From assembly GCA_009887135.1 (NCBI GenBank), contig QXYA01000095.1, positions 1,414 to 65,413 of the forward strand: a DNA stretch of 64,000 nt, read 5' to 3'. The number at the start of each line of letters is the position of its first letter. The stretch's first letter is position 1. The notes under the pieces were generated by a model. It searched no databases. It was not told the origin of the DNA and saw nothing but the letters and a program-made list of their open reading frames with translations. The stretch comes from Candidatus Poseidoniales archaeon. Lineage in GTDB: Archaea; Thermoplasmatota; Poseidoniia; Poseidoniales; Poseidoniaceae. The translations under genes were made by a program, and so were the position numbers. Positions 49,277 to 58,501 of the stretch are shown piece by piece.

Positions 49277-50263
49277 TCATTCTGATATGCTGTCCTGATA
49301 AAATGGGGAGGCGTTGATTATTTCTAGCGTCCAAGTGTAGGTCTGAACATTTTCCCAAGGATCTCCTTCTTCCGTAATCACCACTTTGATTGTATGAGTT
49401 CCTTCGCCCAAATCAGTTCCTAAAAAGATTGCAAAGGGTTGATCTTGGTCTCCATGAGGAGTCAAGTTTGGTGAACTCTTATTCGAGCTTGAAGTACCAT
49501 TCTTAATCGCCTCAGCATTATCATACCAGTATGATTCATTCACTTCCCTAGTTGATACATTTGCTTGATATTCCCGAGTCACTTCAACTGAAGCCCCATC
49601 TGAATTTTTGTTATCCATTAGACCGAATAAAAGCCATGCGTCCCCTTGCAGAGTAGTTGTTCCGTTGGTGTGCCAAGTAAGTGTCGTCCCTTTGGTAGAA
49701 ACATCAAACGGATATTCAATTGCTTCACCATCGTCTGCAATTACAGTCCAAGATTTCGCTAACTCAGGGGCTGCAATATCTCCAAATGGTGGGTTAACAA
49801 GCAAGAAAGATAATGCTAGGAACGTGAAGGTGTGAAGGAACGCAGCCTTGAACCAAGTGCCACCGCCGTAATGCTCAACAAAGCGTTCTGGCATAACTGT
49901 TCGATGAAGAGTCGGAATAAGGAAGATACATGTCAAAGGGAGAATGTACAGAATTTTTGAGTTCTCTGGATCGGTTACGCCCATCAAGACATATCTCATG
50001 AGGAGAGTAACCAAAAGTGCGAATCCTAAAACCAGCCACATCGAGGCCATATCTGCCTTCTCTTTAGCGACGTGCTTTACTGGGTCGAACGGTTCGATTC
50101 CAAGGTTGCGGCCAGTCCGACGTACCTTCTTTTCCTTACCATCTCCTGGCGCTCGTTGTCGACGCTCACCTTGCGCCGCCGTCATCGCTGTGGAGAGGTC
50201 GACCATACCCCTGCGGATGAGTGAAAGCGAATGAAGGATGCGGTCAGATTCCTTCGAATACAA
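49277..50263 (-). CDS. Hypothetical membrane protein: basic cytoplasmic N-terminus, 3-4 TM helices, extracellular Thr/Asn-rich beta domain
   Basis: 328 aa. TM helices MWLVLGFALLVTLLMRYVLMG, ILPLTCIFLIPTL and FLHTFTFLALSFLLV. Confidence 0.4.
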   Translation of the reverse strand: MYSKESDRILHSLSLIRRGMVDLSTAMTAAQGERRQRAPGDGKEKKVRRTGRNLGIEPFDPVKHVAKEKADMASMWLVLGFALLVTLLMRYVLMGVTDPENSKILYILPLTCIFLIPTLHRTVMPERFVEHYGGGTWFKAAFLHTFTFLALSFLLVNPPFGDIAAPELAKSWTVIADDGEAIEYPFDVSTKGTTLTWHTNGTTTLQGDAWLLFGLMDNKNSDGASVEVTREYQANVSTREVNESYWYDNAEAIKNGTSSSNKSSPNLTPHGDQDQPFAIFLGTDLGEGTHTIKVVITEEGDPWENVQTYTWTLEIINASPFYQDSISE

Positions 50264-50303
50264 CCCGCATTATTCAAATGGGGGTTTTCGCAGGCGAGGT
50301 TAG

Positions 50304-50433
50304 GCCGGGGTGGCGTAGTTGGTAGCGCGTCGGACTCATAGGGCAGCCTGAAGGCGATCGTATGACGTGCAAACCCCCTTGTGGTGTCTGAGACATCCGA
50401 AGGTCGCGGGTTCGAGCCCCGCTCCCGGCACCA
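50304..50433 (+). tRNA. tRNA-Met(CAT), elongator or Ile2 type, with a 54-nt intron at canonical position 37/38 (50341-50394) and encoded CCA
   Basis: Acceptor stem GCCGGGG/TCCCGGC. D-arm GCGTAGTTGGTAGCGC. Anticodon stem-loop TCGGA-CTCATA|intron|A-TCCGA. T-arm GCGGGTTCGAGCCCCGC. Discriminator A followed by CCA. Confidence 0.75.
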
Positions 50434-50473
50434 CCATCGTAGCGTTGAAGGGCTTGGCTGTGCAGCAACCATC

Positions 50474-51826
50474 ATGGCTGAAGCACCTTCTGTAGGTTCG
50501 AGAGTAAAACTGCGACTCGAAACGCTCTCTGGAGATACCATTGTAGAAGGCGTCATTTTACCGCCTGCGGTTGAGCAACACGTCACTGTTAAATTACCAA
50601 ATGGCTACAATCTGAGCCATCCACTTACCCAAACGCATGTCATAGAGTCTGAGATAAAGGAAGCTCAGCCTTCTACACAAGCGTCCCAACCGGCTCACAA
50701 TCCGGACCTACCATCCATTCGAATCATCCACACAGGTGGAACAATCGCTTCTAAGGTAGATTATGTTACAGGAGCAGTTACTGCTCAATTCGAGCCCTCT
50801 GAACTAGTACATCACGTTCCTGAATTGCAACGAATTGCAAACATTGACGCTCACAAAATAGGCAATATGTTCAGCGAAGATATTCGCCCAATGCATTGGA
50901 ATCAAATCATCGATGCTACTGAGAAAGCATTCCAACAAGGATGTGATGGGGTCGTCGTCACACATGGGACTGACACACTCCATATCTCATCATCCGCAGT
51001 AGCATATGCATGGTGTGGAGAAGGAAAGAACACACCTGGACGAATTGCTTTTGTTGGGTCCCAACGATCGAGTGACCGTGCTTCATCAGATGCTGCTCAG
51101 AACCTCATCGCAGCAGTAACTTGGGCTGCTCAAGGCCCAACGCCGAACGGGAATCTATCTGATTGTGTCGTCGTTGCCATGCATCGAACAAGTGATGATG
51201 GAGCATGTTCAATTCACGCTGCAACAGGTGTTCGAAAACTCCACTCGAGTCGTCGTGACGCGTTCAGACCGGTAAACACCCAACCACTCGCAACAGTAAC
51301 AATCGATGAAGGGATCATTGAAATTCAACTCAGCGAACATTATCAGAAGAACAGAATGGAACATCCAGTACGTGAAAGAGCAACTGCAGCATCACGATTC
51401 AAACCTGATCTATCGATTCGCCAATTCATGGCTGGACCTTGGTTACTCTCCGCTGAGATTAACGAGGCAATAGAATCGAATGTTGATGCCTTAGTCTTCC
51501 ACGGCACTGGACTTGGTCACGTACCAATCGAAAATCCAAATGAAGATGCACCTCAGAACCTCGAATTACGCTCGTCAATTCAGAAGGCGATTGATAACAA
51601 CATCCCCGTCATGATCGTGAACCAATGCATCCATGGCCCAGTGGATATGAATGTCTACTCCAAAGGAAGAATCCAACAAGAAATAGGCATGTTAGGGCAC
51701 GGAATCACGACATCACCTGAAGCTGCAATTGTAAAGTTACATTATGCCCTCTCAACGGACAAAAATGTCCGCGAAATTCTCGCAACCAATCTCTTTGGAG
51801 AAGAAATCTATCAGATAAGAGATTAA
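50474..51826 (+). CDS. gatD: Glutamyl-tRNA(Gln) amidotransferase subunit D (GatD)
   Basis: The GatD-specific N-terminal domain carries VKLPNGYNLSH. The asparaginase-like domain begins IRIIHTGGTIASKVDY and continues VVTHGTDTL. The annotated ORF start at 50381 overlaps the tRNA, so the start is taken at MAEAPSVGSR. Confidence 0.75.
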   Translation: MAEAPSVGSRVKLRLETLSGDTIVEGVILPPAVEQHVTVKLPNGYNLSHPLTQTHVIESEIKEAQPSTQASQPAHNPDLPSIRIIHTGGTIASKVDYVTGAVTAQFEPSELVHHVPELQRIANIDAHKIGNMFSEDIRPMHWNQIIDATEKAFQQGCDGVVVTHGTDTLHISSSAVAYAWCGEGKNTPGRIAFVGSQRSSDRASSDAAQNLIAAVTWAAQGPTPNGNLSDCVVVAMHRTSDDGACSIHAATGVRKLHSSRRDAFRPVNTQPLATVTIDEGIIEIQLSEHYQKNRMEHPVRERATAASRFKPDLSIRQFMAGPWLLSAEINEAIESNVDALVFHGTGLGHVPIENPNEDAPQNLELRSSIQKAIDNNIPVMIVNQCIHGPVDMNVYSKGRIQQEIGMLGHGITTSPEAAIVKLHYALSTDKNVREILATNLFGEEIYQIRD

Positions 51827-51834
51827 GCGATTCG

Positions 51835-53427
51835 ATGAAGAACCTCATCGACCCTCATCTGTCCATGGCGACTCCTACTGGTGACCCCGTTAGCGAACTT
51901 CGCTCACGTCGAGAAAGTGCTCGATTAGGGGGCGGATTGAAGGCACAGGAAGCCATCCGAGCAGGAGGAAGAGGAACTGCAAGAGACCGTATCGGGATGC
52001 TATTAGATCCCGATTCATTCATTGAAGTTGATACATTTGTCACGCATCGAACAACTGACCACAATATGTTCCTTCATGAAACACTTGGAGACGGAGTAAT
52101 TACAGGACATGGAACCATTGATGGCCGTAGAGTTCACTGCTTTGCCCAGGACTTCAGCGTTCATGGGGGTTCAATGGGAGAAATGCATGCAAAGAAGATC
52201 GCTAAAGTCGTTGAAATGGCTGAGCGGACAAAAACACCACTCGTATGTGTCTGGGATGGAGGGGGCCAACGTGCTCATGATGGGCTCGATGCACTTGCTG
52301 GAACTGGAGAACTCCTCGATCGACTTGTCCAATGCAGTGGTAGAATTCCAGTCCTCAGCCTTGTCCTTGGACCTGTCGTTGGTGTTTCCGCACTGGCTGC
52401 AAGTCTGTCTGATTTCACAATACTTGGAGAAGAGCATGGGCAGTTATTCCTATCCTCTCCACTCGAAACTCCTGAAGTGCAACAAGGTGAAGTTGACGCA
52501 TCTGGACTTGGAGGCGCATCACTTCATGCGTCAAGGTCGGGAATTGCTTGTTTGGTAGCAGATGACGAAGAAGATGCATGTTTCCTCGTTCACGAGATAC
52601 TATCTTATCTTCCAGACCACAACGATGCTGAACCTCCATTCGTAGCGACTGAAGATCCAATAACCCGTCTCAATGAAGAATTAGAAACACTCGTTCCTGA
52701 CAATCCCAATCGTCCCTATGACATGGTGAAGGTTGTCGAAGAAGTTGTTGATGATGGAGAATTCTTAGAACTCTTCACAAATTACGCAGAAAACATCATC
52801 ATTGGATTCGCTCGACTTAACGGACGTACAATCGGTATTGTCGGCAATCAACCAAATGTTCTCGCAGGCTGCTTAGATATTGACGCATCGATCAAGGCCG
52901 CTCGATTCATTCGCCTATGTGATGCATTCAACATCCCTCTTGTAACGTTCGAAGATGTTCCAGGATTCCTTCCAGGTGTTGTTCAAGAATGGGGTGGAAT
53001 CATTCGACATGGAGCAAAACTCCTCTTCGCCTATGCTGAAGCAACAGTCCCCAAACTTACACTCATCACGAGAAAAGCATACGGTGGAGCCTACTTGGCA
53101 ATGTCATGTAAGCATTTACAGAGTGATTACAATGTCGCTTGGCCAACTGCTGAACTTGCAGTAATGGGGGCAGAAGGAGCGGTTAACATCATTCATCGAA
53201 GAGAAATCAACGCAGTTGAACCAGAACAACAAGAAGACGTTCGTCTTCGACTCGTCGATGAATACAAAGCCAAATTTGGTGATCCATACGTTGCAGCAAG
53301 AAATGGTTGGCTTGATGATGTCATCGAACCTTCAGAAAGCAGATTGCGTCTTTGCAGAGCACTGAATATTCTACGCTCAAAGCGAGAATGGAGCCCACCT
53401 AAGAAACACGGCAACATTCCTCTATGA
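51835..53427 (+). CDS. pccB: Acyl-CoA carboxylase carboxyltransferase subunit (propionyl-CoA/methylmalonyl-CoA carboxyltransferase beta)
   Basis: Two carboxyltransferase half-domains. Motifs GKLTARDRIGMLLDPDSF-like GRGTARDRIGMLLDPDSF, GGSMGE and ITRKAYGGAYLAMS. Confidence 0.85.
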   Translation: MKNLIDPHLSMATPTGDPVSELRSRRESARLGGGLKAQEAIRAGGRGTARDRIGMLLDPDSFIEVDTFVTHRTTDHNMFLHETLGDGVITGHGTIDGRRVHCFAQDFSVHGGSMGEMHAKKIAKVVEMAERTKTPLVCVWDGGGQRAHDGLDALAGTGELLDRLVQCSGRIPVLSLVLGPVVGVSALAASLSDFTILGEEHGQLFLSSPLETPEVQQGEVDASGLGGASLHASRSGIACLVADDEEDACFLVHEILSYLPDHNDAEPPFVATEDPITRLNEELETLVPDNPNRPYDMVKVVEEVVDDGEFLELFTNYAENIIIGFARLNGRTIGIVGNQPNVLAGCLDIDASIKAARFIRLCDAFNIPLVTFEDVPGFLPGVVQEWGGIIRHGAKLLFAYAEATVPKLTLITRKAYGGAYLAMSCKHLQSDYNVAWPTAELAVMGAEGAVNIIHRREINAVEPEQQEDVRLRLVDEYKAKFGDPYVAARNGWLDDVIEPSESRLRLCRALNILRSKREWSPPKKHGNIPL

Positions 53428-56103
53428 TTCGTTTATTTTCCGCTCTGCTCGAGCCAGTAAGCCGCCTGATTGATCATCAGGCTCAGGTTGCTGAGGAGGC
53501 TTTCGAACCTGGAACAGCATCCACCCAACAAGTGCAACGAGTGGCACAATGATCACAGCAGCAATGAGGGATGAGCTTCCACTTGATGTATCATCCGAAT
53601 CTGCAGAAGGAGTCTCTGGCTCAACTGGAACCGTGTACTGAAGGCGCAATGAAACATCTGCAAAGGCTGGATCTCTTGCAATGATATCAAACTGTAGAAT
53701 CGAACCTTGGACCAATTCTCCAGTGAAAAGTTGAGTACACCAAGAAGTGATTAATGAAGAATCACAATTCATTATTCCACTTTGAAGTACACCGTCAAGA
53801 TTTATGATGACATCCATTTGTGAATCAGGATCTGTATCGCTCCAAAGCCATTGCAACAGAAGTGTGTTTTCAGAGGTCTTTGTGATTGACCCATTCGATA
53901 GAACAGGACGATCCGGTTCAGCACTTATCGTCAAGGTAATTCTCTTTTCGAAGATAATCTCACCATCAGTGACATTCAGCCACCATCCATTGTCAATTCC
54001 ATTTGCATCAATCAATGCAGAAATGAGCAACTCTTGACCAGATATCGCCATTTGCGACTTCGTTGAACCATCTGATTCTAATTCCCATACCAACGCATCT
54101 CCATCGGCATCAACAGCAAAATCAAGAAGGCTTACGAGAAGTGTCTCCTCCTCCCCTAGAGCAATATTCCATGACGATTCAGTAACATCAAATGCATCGT
54201 TCATTGCATTTACTCTGAACGGTACATCAAGTGAAAGAGGTGTATTGAATCCATCAGAGGCAGTTAGCGTGAACACTTCTGCGCCGTTAGCATTGGACAA
54301 AGGAGTAAATCGAATCGTGTCATTTGAAGGTTCAACGAACCATGAAAGCAACTCACCTTCTCCTTGAGTCAATCCGTTAATTTCCATTGCCAAAGGAGCC
54401 CCTTCAGGGTCAGTGATGTATTGAGACGCATCAAACCAAACAGCAGGACCATCTTCGTCAACCACTTGTTGTACCACCGTAGAGAGTTGAATAAGCGGGT
54501 CATTGATTGGAAGAATACTGCCGTTTAGGGTGACGTTCAACAGATCAAGGATAGCCCCACCTGCTTTCAGTTCCAACGCGACTTTCGTAGTCCCCTCCCA
54601 TTCTTCATCAAGTGGATGTGAAAGTGTGAATCCCAATAAATCGGCATCGATAATGATATTGAAATGTGATTCATTATCAAGAAGTGTGGCGTTGATGATT
54701 TCAATTGCTTGGCCATCAGGGTCGATGGCAATCTCAGAAGAATCGAGATGAACATATCCCCGTTGTGGAACAAGTAGTTCTGGGTAGGGATCAATCAATC
54801 CGATTGGATCATTTGTTCTGTTAAAGTCGAACGTAATGTATCCGGAACCGCCTTCTACAAAGACCTTCAATTTGATTTGATGAGCTCCCGGAGAGACACC
54901 ACTCATTGGCACAACGCACCGAGCCTCATCATTGATGATGACTCCTGAAAACACAGTAGAATTATCAAGAACACATTTTGTTGAAACGGTCCAATTTGAA
55001 GGGATATCGTCGTATTGATCACCGTTTCGCATAGACCATGATGCTAAGAAAACTGCTTCATCAGTTGGACTGAATAAGGTCCCATTCAAACTGATAGGTG
55101 TTGTAAGAGGAATAAGTTGCGCCTCATCGAAGTCTTCATCCACATACCCATTCGAATCGACCACTGTATCGACATCATTCGGACGGTTGAACGCCTCACG
55201 GAAGGACGAATGGTCTCCACGCAATGTTAAGTCAAGATAAGGAAGAACATGCTCCATTGCATGGTCGAGTTGTTCCTCTTGAGTGAGTGAAGCATCTCCA
55301 TCATTGAAGTCTTCAAGGAAGGAAGATGAATCTTGATACTGGTAATGATTTGCTCCAAGTGAGTGGAGTATTTGCCACGCGAACCCATCTACGTTTTCCA
55401 GTACTGGAAGAACGTGTTCTGTTGCTGGTGCTACTTCATCAGCACTTCCTGTTATGAACAGACCAATATTTGGAGCAGGTGCTTGTATCGTCAGTGGCTC
55501 GTTTACTTCCTCAACTTCAAGAGCAAGTCCAACAATAGCTCTCGGCGGTTGGACGGTTTGATTTGTTGCAAGTGTAAGCCAATTGATGTATCCATTGGTT
55601 GCGATAACAGCTCCTACGCCGTGTCCAATGAGGCCCCAATGAGCTTCATCTACGGAACCAAACATTCCAAGCACTGCCTCATTCGACTGGTTCGCATTAT
55701 ACATCCATGCTTGAATTTCCTCTAAATCGGAGATCAGATCATTGATTTCAACACTGGTTTGCCATGACGGAATGTACACCATCGTACCCGTTTGTGCAAT
55801 TCGTGAGCAGAGAAGCATGTAGTTTTCTGGAGTTTCATTTTCATCAACGATGAGAACCATCCATGGGAATGGACCGTTCCCTGCAACTTCACTGTCCTCT
55901 CCTGAAACCATTGCTGGATAGACGAGGCGATGATCTTGCCCAGGAGGTCCTTGTTGATTCACTGAAAAATCAATCCATCCGACTGGGAAATCTGGCCCTG
56001 AGTGAGGCGATTGGAAATTAGAATCCTCTTCTGGAAATGCTTGCACTCCCGAAAAGGTTGCTAAGACAAGCAACCCACACATCACCAAGGAGCGTGCGCT
56101 CAT
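53422..56103 (-). CDS. Giant surface protein 5 (about 894 aa from the Met of the signal peptide): signal peptide, cadherin-like (NDAFDV) and beta-rich domains, C-terminal TM anchor and short cytoplasmic tail
   Basis: Signal peptide MSARSLVMCGLLVLATFSGVQA. The C-terminus is LIAAVIIVPLVALVGWMLFQVRKPPQQPEPDD. The upstream in-frame extension to 56289 would overlap aroE and lacks a signal peptide. Confidence 0.65.
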   Translation of the reverse strand: MSARSLVMCGLLVLATFSGVQAFPEEDSNFQSPHSGPDFPVGWIDFSVNQQGPPGQDHRLVYPAMVSGEDSEVAGNGPFPWMVLIVDENETPENYMLLCSRIAQTGTMVYIPSWQTSVEINDLISDLEEIQAWMYNANQSNEAVLGMFGSVDEAHWGLIGHGVGAVIATNGYINWLTLATNQTVQPPRAIVGLALEVEEVNEPLTIQAPAPNIGLFITGSADEVAPATEHVLPVLENVDGFAWQILHSLGANHYQYQDSSSFLEDFNDGDASLTQEEQLDHAMEHVLPYLDLTLRGDHSSFREAFNRPNDVDTVVDSNGYVDEDFDEAQLIPLTTPISLNGTLFSPTDEAVFLASWSMRNGDQYDDIPSNWTVSTKCVLDNSTVFSGVIINDEARCVVPMSGVSPGAHQIKLKVFVEGGSGYITFDFNRTNDPIGLIDPYPELLVPQRGYVHLDSSEIAIDPDGQAIEIINATLLDNESHFNIIIDADLLGFTLSHPLDEEWEGTTKVALELKAGGAILDLLNVTLNGSILPINDPLIQLSTVVQQVVDEDGPAVWFDASQYITDPEGAPLAMEINGLTQGEGELLSWFVEPSNDTIRFTPLSNANGAEVFTLTASDGFNTPLSLDVPFRVNAMNDAFDVTESSWNIALGEEETLLVSLLDFAVDADGDALVWELESDGSTKSQMAISGQELLISALIDANGIDNGWWLNVTDGEIIFEKRITLTISAEPDRPVLSNGSITKTSENTLLLQWLWSDTDPDSQMDVIINLDGVLQSGIMNCDSSLITSWCTQLFTGELVQGSILQFDIIARDPAFADVSLRLQYTVPVEPETPSADSDDTSSGSSSLIAAVIIVPLVALVGWMLFQVRKPPQQPEPDDQSGGLLARAERKINES

Positions 56104-56128
56104 AGGGTTGGCTGGCTCTTCGGACATT

Positions 56129-57136
56129 TCATTCTTCCATTGATTTGCTTCTCGAAATGGCCAGTTCAAATTCACAATCAGACAGCCATGACATGAGTTG
56201 GGCAAGTGTGGGCAAATGTTCAGCACTTTGCGGAGCCCACAGACGACGCCATGATTCAAGATGCTGTCCAGCCAGCATCCATCTTCCATCGATTGTAGAG
56301 TTCTTTGAATCGAGGATGGAGTCCCTTTCTAGAAGTGAACCGTTCAAGGGAAGATAATCTGGCGTAAGCGTTCTCTTTACGGCGAGATGTTGATCGTACG
56401 TACCATCAAAATCGATGAGCAGGTCAAGTTGTTTCACATCTGCTAACTTTTTGGTAATCAGAGACGCATCGATTTTCCTTCGTCCACCAAGCGAAACAAC
56501 ATGGCCTCCCGACTCAAGCCAAGCATCTGCGATTGAACGGGCAGAACCGCCGCCCCCATGCAGACCAAGGATCGCTCCAGAAGCAACATCAATTCCGTGG
56601 TGAATTGCAACATCAACCACACCTGCACCATCTGTTGTAGCACAATACCAACCGTGGCCAGTCCATCGCAGCGTATTAACTGAGAGAATATCCATTCCTT
56701 TGTCAACAGGCGTGAAAGCCATACTTTGCAACTGATGCTTCAATGGTGAGGTAAGATTCAACCAAACCTCTTCACCGTGATACTGCGATGGAAGATGATG
56801 TGAGGCTGGCGGACGTTTTCGTGATGGTTCGACTCCTTCAAATGAAGGGCGTATATCTCGGGTTAGAACTTCCCCCACAAGTCTTGTAAGTTGTACCGAG
56901 TTCTTGTTGAGTCGACTTCCGAGTAGAGCCCAATCCGGATTATGTTCATCATGCTCGATATATCCCCATCCTAACACCTCATCCACGTGCACAGATTCAA
57001 TCAGTCGTAACGATCGAGGAATTAGATTCGGAATCTGGTTCTTTTTCTTTAAGTGATGGAATACCAGATGAAACAGCATTGGAGAGAGTGAATGCGATAT
57101 GGGCGAGCCTCCCACCGCATATCGTACCTCGCCCAT
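56129..57136 (-). CDS. aroE: Shikimate 5-dehydrogenase
   Basis: Motifs AVGGSPISHSLSP, NTLRW and TTDGAGV. Rossmann motif GLHGGGGSARS. Start taken at MGEVRYAVGG. Confidence 0.7.
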   Translation of the reverse strand: MGEVRYAVGGSPISHSLSPMLFHLVFHHLKKKNQIPNLIPRSLRLIESVHVDEVLGWGYIEHDEHNPDWALLGSRLNKNSVQLTRLVGEVLTRDIRPSFEGVEPSRKRPPASHHLPSQYHGEEVWLNLTSPLKHQLQSMAFTPVDKGMDILSVNTLRWTGHGWYCATTDGAGVVDVAIHHGIDVASGAILGLHGGGGSARSIADAWLESGGHVVSLGGRRKIDASLITKKLADVKQLDLLIDFDGTYDQHLAVKRTLTPDYLPLNGSLLERDSILDSKNSTIDGRWMLAGQHLESWRRLWAPQSAEHLPTLAQLMSWLSDCEFELAISRSKSMEE

Positions 57137-57244
57137 GTACCCTCCATGGAACTCTTTATTGATGAACATCTGTCCCCAAAAACACGAGATTTTGTTTATT
57201 TCCGTCGGCATCGGATTCAAGAGGAAGGAGTGCATAGCATTACC

Positions 57245-57553
57245 ATGGCGGCAGCAGAACGTGGTTCATTTCTCTGGTTTATGTTCGGAATTACTCAATT
57301 TTTCCTATCGATTAAACTCATGGGAGAGGTAGAGGGATGGGTTACAACCCTGTTTGGAGGTGGGGCTGCTGCTGCAATAATGCTCGCCATCGTTGTGTTC
57401 CGCATGGAGCAAAAGGAATTACTATTGAATCCACTCAAACTCAATCGTGAAGTCAATGAAGATGCAATCAAGAATCAAGGCAAGGGCGTTGGTTTCGGTG
57501 TCATAACCTGGGTTGTTTCCCTAATTACCCTCATCTTCTTCGTCGACTTTTGA
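57245..57553 (+). CDS. Small membrane protein (2 TM)
   Basis: About 102 aa from MAAAERGSFLWFMFGITQFF. It ends 4 nt into the next small membrane ORF. Confidence 0.35.
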   Translation: MAAAERGSFLWFMFGITQFFLSIKLMGEVEGWVTTLFGGGAAAAIMLAIVVFRMEQKELLLNPLKLNREVNEDAIKNQGKGVGFGVITWVVSLITLIFFVDF

Positions 57554-57807
57554 TATCGATTACTATGGTTTCCCCAGACATCACGACCTTTCGAACCATT
57601 GATGATGGTGCTGAAGAATTGTTTGGTGGATTTTGGCCGTTTTTGAAACGTACACTCCTAATTTTTTTGCCACTATGGACATGGCTTCTGTGCTGGAGTG
57701 CTGGATTCAACAACATCGTATCGGCAACTCTAGCAGGACTCTCCATATCAGTCATTGTTGGCATCGAACGGTACAAATTAAGCCGAACTCCCAGTAAAGA
57801 CAATTAA
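57550..57807 (+). CDS. Small membrane protein (2 TM)
   Basis: 85 aa. Stop/start overlap with the upstream ORF. Precedes the NfeD-flotillin pair. Confidence 0.35.
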   Translation: MISITMVSPDITTFRTIDDGAEELFGGFWPFLKRTLLIFLPLWTWLLCWSAGFNNIVSATLAGLSISVIVGIERYKLSRTPSKDN

Positions 57808-57820
57808 GGCCAACCTTGGA

Positions 57821-58438
57821 TTGAGAATTATGAGTATCTTTGAATGGCTTGCAGACCTAGCAGGAATCGAAGCACCAACCTTACTAGAAGTCATCTTCGT
57901 TAGTTGTGCTATTTTGGGAGGAATCCTTTTCTTCATCATGATGATTTTAATGCTCGTTGGAGACATTATTGGAGGAGTTGGAGAAGCGGTTGGTTTTGAC
58001 GCAGACATTGGAACAGATCTCGGATTCGAAATGTTAAGCATTCAAGGGCTTTCAGTAGCTGTGATGATGTTTGGACTCACTGGTATGTTTGGCCTATCGG
58101 CGACAGGCAGCGACGTAGCTGCCGTATTGTTCGGAGGAGCAGGTGCGGCCGGTGGAATGTACGGCATGGCTCAAATGATGAGAGGAATAAGCCACCTGCA
58201 AGCAGATGGTACTATGAATTACGATGATGCTATTGGCCAAAGAGGCCAAGTATACTCTCGAATCCGACCAAATGAATCTGGAGAAGTTCAGATTCCACTC
58301 GGTGGATCACTCAAGAACGTCATAGCACGTGCAAAAGATAAGGCCATGCTCATTCCTAGTGGAGAATTCATCAAAGTTATTGACCGTATTGGATCAACAA
58401 TGATTGTTATCCCGCTTGAGGATGCTTCCGAAGAATAA
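57821..58438 (+). CDS. NfeD-family membrane protein (partner of SPFH/flotillin)
   Basis: N-terminal Gly/Ala-rich TM helices plus a C-terminal soluble beta-domain (GQVYSRIRPNESGEVQIPLGG). Immediately upstream of the SPFH gene. Confidence 0.6.
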   Translation: MRIMSIFEWLADLAGIEAPTLLEVIFVSCAILGGILFFIMMILMLVGDIIGGVGEAVGFDADIGTDLGFEMLSIQGLSVAVMMFGLTGMFGLSATGSDVAAVLFGGAGAAGGMYGMAQMMRGISHLQADGTMNYDDAIGQRGQVYSRIRPNESGEVQIPLGGSLKNVIARAKDKAMLIPSGEFIKVIDRIGSTMIVIPLEDASEE

Positions 58439-58501
58439 GCGTCACCAAGGGTTTACGGACGTAGGCAAAGCAGTTAATAGGATGGGTTCTGTAAAACTAA
58501 T

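Noticed and set aside
50182-50586. Track ORFs 50182-50586 (minus), 50274-50468 (minus) and the first 31 codons of 50381-51826 (plus)
   Set aside because: They lie over the intron-containing tRNA-Met and its flanks. Their amino-acid compositions are atypical (Arg/Pro/His-rich). The tRNA explains the region.
50474-51826. Plain type-I L-asparaginase rather than GatD
   Set aside because: The ~100-aa N-terminal domain with the KLPNGYN block is GatD-specific. The absence of an adjacent gatE is not unusual in archaea.
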